Part shown: in pieces, positions 38,196 to 48,016 of the stretch
How positions within the stretch are numbered: the first letter of the stretch is position 1
Layout: each line of letters opens with the position of its first letter
Source: Catajapyx aquilonaris
Taxonomy: Eukaryota
DNA length: 60,947 nucleotides
Assembly: GCA_000934665.2 (NCBI GenBank)
Contig: KZ538573.1
Span: forward strand, 1-60,947
Direction of reading: 5' to 3'
Notes under the pieces: generated by a model
The model's input: only the letters and a program-made list of their open reading frames with translations
Databases searched by the model: none
What the model was told of the DNA's origin: nothing
Program-made: the position numbers and the translations under genes

Positions 38196-41100
38196 TTACG
38201 TACCCCTTGATGGCCCTCTATGGGCCTTTCGGGGGGTGGCAGACCACCATACAGTTTTCTATTAACTTCAATCTCTGTGCAAGGAATACTAGGATATAGG
38301 GTAGGGAAAGTGATTGTTGGGGAGGGGACACTTGTGCAGGTGCATTGTCCTATGGCTTTTGGGCCATGTGCAGTCCCCCAGGAGGTTAGGTTGCCAGACA
38401 CCTCCTTGGTGCAGGTCAGAGACCCTCCTGACGCAGGTGAAAGGAAGTTCTCCAGGCGGGGATCGAACCTGGGGCCTTTCACTCAGCAAGCCGAGACGTT
38501 ACCATCTCGGCCACCACACCTCCCCGTCATGTGGATATCAAGAAATGTCAAATAAAATAATATCCCAGGCATGGGGTAATAAAATAGGGACAGTCATAAA
38601 TATGGAAGAGTGTAAAAGTAGTTTTTTAAAACAGAATATTACTGCATTAGGAACAACTTCCACTAAAAATTATTTAGGCATGTCAAGATCAGTCCTGCAA
38701 CAGATCTTTTTGAGCATACCTCAACAGCAAAAAGACAGGCAGTTTCCAAAAGCAATTGGACAGTGGTGGGCAGTGATGATACGGCACATGTGCACCATAA
38801 TCAGAACTGAACCAGTCTTGCTTCTTCCTGTTACCCGAACATGGGGGTATTTAATGTTTGACCATTTAACTTTCTGCCACTCATAGGTATTCTATTTTCA
38901 CATCAAATATTGTGCTTCCTTCAGGTGATTGGCTGTCCCTGGACATGACCTTCAACATTGATGTTACTAGCAGTATGAAGAAAATTGTTGAAGTTCACTC
39001 TGCTAGACCAAACAGAGTCACAACTACTCAAGGAACAGTAACCATTGTCAACCGGGACTTTGGTGTGGTTGATAGCAAATACCAGTTTGATCGCTTGGTG
39101 TGCAATGGATATGCACCCAGAATTCGAGATCGAGTTGAACTAATGGCCATTGAGAGCACCCAAGGTAAATATGGCTGGCGTGTGACCCACATAAAACAGA
39201 TCAAGAAAATGGAATTGCCTCCGGCACCAAAGCCAGCTCCTAACAGATCTGTGTCACGCCAATATGAAACTGTGGATGCACCAAATGTTGTAGAACCCAT
39301 AGCTGCTGCAGGTGATGCACCAACCATACCTGAGAATGATGAAGGATCAGGCATAAAAGTTCTACCACATGTCATTGACTTTGGCACCATACAAATGAGG
39401 AATCAGTCCATTGTGAAGAAGGAGATTAAAATCTCAAACACCACGGCCACACATCAGGTCCTGAAGGACGTGAGTTGGATCTCTCAAAAGTATTACCAGG
39501 TTGAAAAGCCTGAAAACATTTTTCCTATGATGATACCTGCTGGGTATACAGTAACTGTGAGACTTCTTTTTGATCCCTGTGAGCTGGGCAACTCCTTTGA
39601 TACAGCCACTTTGACTTTTTCTTCATGCACAATTACACGCCTTGTGAGTGCAACAGTTGTGGCCAGCTCAGCTGTTGCTGGAGTCCGCCAAATGGCCCTG
39701 AAGCTCAAAATGGCTCGACAGTCAAATGTTGTCAAGGGGGAGTGCTTGTACCAAGGCCGGTACCTTACTCCAAGACATCTTCCACAGTTCCCAATCCCAG
39801 ATTTTATTTACCAGCTTTACGAGACTTATGACAAGTATGACGACCAGCCCTTTGTAGATGCATTTCCAGCACTTGTCATGCCCCTGACTCCAGAGATATA
39901 TGTGGTCAAACTGGACACTCTTCTGTACTTGGAAGAAGCGGAGAACATGATTCACTTGAGAGAGTATGACCTGAATGGTGTGGTGTTCCAGCGGAAGGGA
40001 GACTACCTCTCAATGCCTGTTACAGGGCTGGCTGAATCAAGACCCTCCATCATGGTTGGGGACAGTATCATTGCAACATCACCATTTGATGCTAAAGGTG
40101 AGGAAATTAAGTTACACCAGGCTTCCAAAGTGCAAAAACCAACTTACTGTACTACCTGTTAATTGGACACCATGCCTGAGAGCAGGTTACAGTGGTGACA
40201 AGAAACATTTTCTGAGCCCAAGAATGAGAAAAATTATTAGAAAGTTGCACATAGTGTTGCACTGTCTTTAGTGTGTGTACAGTTCTTGAGCCATGTAACT
40301 TGACCCCATATCAGATGGCTGATCTGTAGAAACATTCCTCCACAGCCCTTCCACAGTCAGCTAAACTGCTAAATAAACCAATGCTTGTCTTCTCAGTAAT
40401 CTACAACATAATTTGCAGTTTCTGGCTTATAGGGCACCATATTCTCTTCTCTTTTGCTTTAACAGGGTAAGGTGTGATCATGAGCACAGAGCAATTTTTT
40501 TGCATTAAGCTTCTTCGGGGTGTTTCACTAGGTAGTCCCCCCAAAGAATCGACTATATTTTTCTTATCACTCTACCTAGAAACTTGATGTCTGGATTGCT
40601 GCATTGATGTTGTTTTCCAAGTCATCTAACGTCAAGGCTCATTGTTCTATGCACAACTCTTCAAATATCCCCATTTGTAGCACTTTTGACAGGTGGAAAC
40701 GGGATACCTAGTTTCTTGTGACAAAATCATAGTGACTTTTTTCGCCAGCCTGTGCATCACTTTTTCGACTTTTTTTTCTTCCTCTGAAGGAGGTCATCTA
40801 CCACTGCATTGGTCCAAAACAATTGGTGCAGCAATCCTGACTAGTAATGTCAATATGCTGTGGAGGACCTTCGATAATAATGAGCGTCGAGTGTGTATAG
40901 AGGTCATTGAAGGTCAAGTACAGCAATTATTGTGAATGGTGCTACATTACAATGAACTAAGTAACTTTTAAACCAAACAGGTTTCTAGGTAGAGTAGGAA
41001 GAAAAATATCATCGATTCTTTGGGAGGACTGCCTAGTGAAACACCCTGTATTATTAAGCAGTTAATTATAGAAGCTGTCAAAAATACTATCTTCTGATAT

Positions 41101-43767
41101 TGACTTAAAGATATATCATAATTATGCAGGAAATTGTAGGCTGTGAAGTATGGGTTCAACCATTGACGTCAGAGGCTGATGGTCAAAGTGAGTGATTGTC
41201 AATGCCTTAAGGTGCATTTGCAAGCATGCAAGACCCAGTCATAGTAAGGGAATCTGCCCGATTTATCAAAGCCAGAGAGATAGCAAGCAAGAGCAGAATG
41301 ACAATAGATTTTCACATGGCCTAGAGTGTTGTGAGACTATCCATCTCTTTGGAACTCACAATCTTGGGGTTCTGTTCCTGCAAGGATGTGACCCATTGCA
41401 AGCTGTTGTGAAGCAGTACCTCTACTTCTAAACTCACTATTTCCCCTTGCCCAATCCTTCCCAATTCCCAGCAGGCTCTGGATGGCCACCAAGAAAGCAG
41501 TTATGCCTTTTTAAATTCTCACTGTTACTTTTCTCCCCTGTTGGAATGATGGGGAAAGGGGCGCAGTTAAGGTGGCGATATATGCAGCCCAGTAGTAATT
41601 TTTTTTTTTGCAAGGTAAGCTGCCTTCTCTGTTAGAAGTAATCATTCATGACAGCCTCCATCTAGGCTTTTCCACACTCTATTCTCTCACAACCTTATAT
41701 TTTCCCAGGTAGTATTTCATGCTAACACTTTTTCTCACCGCGCTCAAGTGCGTGAATTTGTTTGGTATTACCTGTTCTTGGGGGCTTGAAAATGCATCTT
41801 AAAGCTGAAAAATAGTCACTGAAATTTATGGTTTGAATGGGTTCTTGGGTCCTTCCATTCAACCTAATATTAGCAACTAATATTTCTTGGAACTTTCTGA
41901 AACAGAAGACTGCTATGAGAGAATTAATATAAATTTCTGTGACCCACAGGGGATCGTTTTCAGGGCTACATACATGAAGTTCACTGCAATGAAGTGTACC
42001 TGCGTTTTGCCCCATCATTCCACAACCAGTATGATGGGGAGGTGTATGACACTTCCTTTGAGGTGAGCCGCAGTGGATACCGCCGACTCCACCAGGGCAT
42101 AAATTTATTTCTGGGCCACCTACCCTGTGAGATGATTTTTCCCACTCGAGTGATGTGTTGCCAATCCAGGGTCGTGTTTAAAGAGGCTGAAGATGAACCA
42201 ATGCACCTTCCCTCCATGCCTCTAAAAGCAGAATCGTCAAGTGCCGTGCTTGAAGAACCTGCTGCAACTGTGGGTGCATCCCATCCTGGGTTAGTAGAAT
42301 GGACATGTGAAATTCCATTTTGATGTCATTTGAGGGGTGTGGTGGAAAAACACGATAACCGCCAAAGGTGTAATTTTTCAGGAGAGCGAATTTAAGTTTG
42401 CACACTTGTCGCAAATCAGCTTATTACCTGAACTTGTAACACTAGGTTTTATTATATTGCCTGACTGTCTTGTTGTCCATAACTTTTGGAACACTTATTC
42501 CTGTAATTAATAGAGATACAAGGTGTAACGAAAGTTTTAATTATTTGCAAAAAAAAAATCTTAGAGTGGGTGTCCGTAAATCATGGACACAGCGGGCAGA
42601 GGGTAAATAATTTTTAATTAACATAAGGTGTATATGTATGAGAGTTCTACATGTATTCAGATATGGGAGGATGTAAGATGTGTTAATATATTCAGTATGC
42701 ATACCATTTCTCTCCAAAGACTGAGCTACACCTCTTCCCAAACTGTCCACAAGTTTGAATGTACTATCGGGTTCAAATACTTTTGGCCACTTTATCCTTG
42801 TCTTGAAGCAACCCTTCACACACACACACCTCCTTAACGTGGGGTAAGTGCGAAGGGTTGCTTCAAGACCAGGATAAAGTGGCCAAAAGTATTTGAACCC
42901 GATAGTACCTCTCGTGTGACAGTTGTTTTTTCCTGGTCAACTCTTGTATTAACTGGTCATGATTTTTTGGCCTGGCTTGCTTACAGACGCTGTCTTACAA
43001 CTGGCCCACAATTATCAGGCATTGAGAACAAAGCACTTGCAAGGGATCATCTTGACAGATAACACCTGCATTGCACACCTCTCATTCATTTGACCACAAG
43101 AGTCGGTGAGGTTATGGACGGGAAAATGAGTCATACAGGGGACAACATATTCTGGGAATTATGGGAGTACAATATCAACATAAAAGATGAGGGTAGCTTT
43201 AAAAAACTGAGAATTTCCCTTGTATAATATTGACTGGTCCAGAAACCTTTGTTGCACGCAGTATTAATGAAGAATGTGAAGGGTATGAAAACATAGTCGC
43301 TTATCGTGTTTTTCTGTTTGAGGAAGTGCCAGAAAATATGGCTAGTCGATTATCATGTAGCCCCTGTTGCCGTCTCATGCATGATATGTGAACTTTGAGT
43401 ATACCGAAGTGTTTGTCATGACATTTACATAGTTGCTAGGTGTTTAGTTCAAAAAGGACGAAAGTGGCAGTTATCATGTTTTTCCAACCGAAGCAGTGGT
43501 AGGGGAGGGGATATGGTATCCAACTGCTAATCGGGAGGTCCTGGGTTCGAACCCCGGGGGCCGCCTACCCTGACCGTGGTTTTCCATGGTCCCACCAGGA
43601 CAATTCCGGGGTCGTGTCCATAATTATAGGCCACATCCGCTTCCTTCCGTCCCTATCCCATCCCCAATAAGGAAAAAGTAAAGATGCAAGAAAGAGTTCC
43701 AGACAGAAAAAAATATGGTGGTATCCCACCCCCCTAAGAGAGCCCATGGCTCTAGCACGGGGTACAA

Positions 43768-43811
<44 letters not shown>

Positions 43812-46800
43812 CATCATCATCATCATGTTTTTCCACCACCCCCCTCATTTCATGACTCTTGGTTAATGCTACTGTGTAAGGAGCTACAGAAATATTGCTC
43901 TTATTGCTGACCACCGACAATACCTCTTAAGACGTGCAACCCTTATGGGACTGTCTACCCCAAGAAACCCTAATTCTACCGCGGACCACTAGGAGGCAGT
44001 GTTGTAGGTTCTCACACATATGCCTTGTAGATATTTTCCATGTCAAAAGTTATTACTTTTCCAAAAGGTTTCACTCCATATCGCGCACGTGGCCCTCTTT
44101 TCTTTTTGTACCGAAAACAGGTTTTTCTCACGAAGGTGTGAGTAGCTGGTTGGGTCGCTGAGAAGAAACCAGTGGAGAAAGGACGGGGGTGAGGGCGGTG
44201 GGGGCTATTTGGCATTCAGGCAAGAAACCGCGTGCACTGCCATCTAGTACCTCGCGATAGAAATCCAATTTCCAGCGGTAGAAGAATTTTACATAGGGTT
44301 GCGCGTCTTAAGAGGTATTGTCTGTGGTGCTGACTTTGTAATTGTTAACAATTAAAAGTATAACTCAACATAGTCTGTGGAACAAAAGTTATCTTCAATA
44401 TTTATCAGTGGAAATTTTTTGGGCAGTCCTGAGCCAAGTTGGTACTCATGATTAGAGAATTGAAGATGCCCTGCCTTCCACGCACTTCACAACACCTTGA
44501 AATAAGGGAACCAACATGATTCAGGAGCTTGCACAGTTCTGAGCTACCATTTTCTCACATAGTACTTGTATAAATATGGCTTTTTACCTCAAAGTTTTTA
44601 AAAATCCAGGCCTTAATTAACTATAGGAATAAGTCAACTCTTCCACCATGTAGGTGTGGGCTGAAGTCATCAGCAGAAGAGCAAAAGCCTGAGCCAGAAA
44701 CTAAGGCTGGTCCTCCTGTGCCTCGGCGAGCGCCTAGAGTGCTTTTGAATAATTATAAGGACCTAATGCATCCTTTGAAGCCATACTCAAGGGAAGGCAT
44801 ATGGCAACCCAAGCCCCTGCAGTGGGTGAACCGTAACTTGAACTCACAGCAGAAGGCTGCAATACGGCAGATACTGAAGGGCGAGGCTAGGCCACTTCCC
44901 TACATCATTTATGGACCTCCTGGGACTGGAAAAACAGTTACACTCGTTGAAGCTGCCCTTCAAACTTACAGGCTTATCTCCTTCAGCCGGTAAGAATTGC
45001 ATTACCATATTTTTTGTGCATAGAGCAGTGGGAAGGTAAAATCAGTGCTGACCAGGTTTTTGAAAATTCTTGTCTGGTGGTTAAACTGGCATGCTGGTTT
45101 AAAGAAAGGGTTTGTCTACAATTTAACTCTGAAGAGTACATGAAGTGAAAGCTACAATGATTTCTTCTGAGGAGGAGATATATTAAGAGAAAGAGACCCA
45201 CAACCATCTCTCCATCAGTTCATGGCTATTTACATGAATTCTATGCTCCTGTAAATCATTTCAGATCATTTGTCATAAAATGAAATTATTCTCCCTATCC
45301 ACTCAGAGTAAGGTTTAATTATTCTTAATAATCATGAGTTCACATGTACCTCACAAACTTCACTTATAACTTGCAATTCATTCCCCCCCCCCCCTCTACA
45401 CAAGGAATTTGTAGACATTCAATTCATAGTGCTCAGTTAAAAATAGATACTGCAACACTTTTCAAGGGAAGGAAGAAATTACTAAAATTATCCCACTTAA
45501 CACCATCTGGCTGGCTCCTCCAGGGTATACCCAGGGTTATGCTGCAATGGTATGATACAGTACTTGCATTAATGACCTAAGAATAAGATCAGAAACATTC
45601 CCTTCAGTTAAAAAAAGGGTAGTAAGACCTCCGTGGGGGAATGAAAGTACTGAAACAAGGCAGGCGCACGTAAGACCTTCACCAATTGATTTAAGCTGTA
45701 CCATAGGTCTTACCCAATCAATTTCCAATTTACTGCTCATGAAGTCTCCTTTCTGAAAACAATGGGTGGAATTTATGTCATGCTACTAGATACTTCTAAC
45801 TTAGCAGTATATACCAGTGTAGTGCAATGGTATGCTACGTTAGCAGTAATTATAGTTACTAGTAGTAAGGCGTAAATTCCACCCATAAATTTTCCATGAA
45901 CCACTCCATATAATGAGTTTTCTGAAATTAGGAACTTCAATAAGCACATTGAGTTTCTATAGGATTGGTGTGAATTTATTGCCATGAAACATTTATGCTG
46001 AATTGCCACCACTTTTAGATGCTGATTTTAACAGTGTTGTTTAATTTTTCACATGTAAACGTAAATTGGTGAATTTTCGACGGTCTTTTTTGATTAGATT
46101 CTGCATTTTCAGGAGCAAAAATTTCGAAGTCTGTGAGGAAGGTTCAGTTTTTTTTTTGTTTCTTTTCAAAATAAAACCCTGCCTACTGCTTGTGCTGAGT
46201 AGTTTGCAGCGGTAATTTTTATGAGCCGTTCCATACAGTACTTCAGAATTGCTTGAGTAAGACCAGCTTGAGAACAGCTTAAATCAATTGGTGAAGGTCT
46301 TATGTGCGCCTGCCTTGTTTCAGTACTTTCATTCCGCCACAGAGGTCTTATTCTTGTCAAGCATCCCAAACTGCCAGACTTGAGTTCATGGGTCCAGGAA
46401 TGAGAGCAATGAAGGAAACCAGTGGCAAATGTTTGATATGTGTGCAAAGAAGCTGTGTAAATTGTTTTAAGGATGGATCAACTTGGTAGGGCGACACGGT
46501 GGCTGAGTGGTTAGCGCCACAGCCTTCCAATTCTGAGGTCCTGAACGACATAAAAGGAAATTCTAAGCAAACAGAGTGATTCCATTGAAACTCCTTCCAC
46601 ATGAGAAAGTCTTCAGCCTGAGTCGGGGACTGAACTTGGGACCTCAAATGTGAAAGGCTGTAGCATTATCTACTATCCCACTACACCACTCCTGTATGAT
46701 GTATATTCTTTGACAGGATCCTGGTTGCAACCCCATCCAACAGCTCTGCTGACCTGATAGTCCAACGGCTCCACTGCAGTGGTATCTTGCAGGTAGGATA

Positions 46801-47954
46801 GTTATTGTACTTGGTCTGCTTAGGCTCTGGTCACTTGTGCAACAAATCTTAGGTGACATGACAGAAGACAGGCTGCAACTATTCGTAGCAAGAATGCTAG
46901 CGAATGATGTTAGGAATCTGTAGAACATCTATTTTGCTCCTGGCACTAAGATTTTTGGTGGAAAAGATGCACAATAATGTCAATGAAGAAAGTGAAAGCT
47001 ATAATTGCAAAGGAGTCAGTCAACTCATATGCAGGGTCAAAAAATTGGGAAGGTGCTTTTTTTTAAACTTCAAATGGCTGCAGGAGTAAGATAGTAGTGC
47101 AGGGATTACTGCTCATTCCACTCAAAACTCACCTTCAAATATGTCAGTGAGTTATATGCATTGTTGTAAAGATGATTAAATATACTTGCCTCAGGTGTGT
47201 ATGGTTCAACACCCAATTTGAAGGTGTGTTTGCAAGGGTGAGCATTTGTGAAGCTATCCCTTTCAGATCAATTTCATTATTATCTCAACAATTTGTAGTG
47301 GGAGGAAATGGTGATAATAATTTTGCAGTTTATTTATATATGAATAATCATCAATGTTTTTCAAATGTGTTCATGCAGTGAGTGATTCATGTGGGTTCAT
47401 TTCTTTGTATTGAACAATGGAAGGCTAACTACAGAATTTTTCAAATCCTTTCCACAGGTGGGTGACATGGTCCGCCTGAATTCATTCAGACGTGCAACAG
47501 AGACTCTCACTGATGAAGTCCGCCAGTACAGCAAAGATGCTAATTGCTTGGAGCAGGTGGCACGTTGTCGCATGGTGGTGACTACATGCAATTCATCTGG
47601 CAACATCTACACACTAGGCCTGCCCCATGGCCACTTCACACATGTGTTCATTGACGAGGCAGGATATGCCACTGAACCTGAGGCACTAGTGCCCATTGGC
47701 CTTTTGTCCAACAGCCCTGGGGAGGGACAAGTTGTACTGGTAGGAGACCCAAAGCAGCTGGGGCCAGTGCTTACTAGCCGTATTGCAAAGCGATATGGAC
47801 TTGGTTTTTCTCTGATTGAGAGGCTCACAGAAAATTGGCTGTACAGGAAGGACAAGGAAAAATTTGCCTCTAATGGCTTCTATGATCCACTGCTTGTTAC
47901 CAAGCTAATCATCAATTACAGGTGTGGATTGAATTGTAAGATGCAGTAATTCAT

Positions 47955-48016
<62 letters not shown>

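Noticed and set aside
38314..38886. 190-aa ORF just upstream of armi exon 2
   Set aside because: It begins inside an antisense SINE, shows no helicase similarity, and is not needed for the phase-correct exon 1-2 join.
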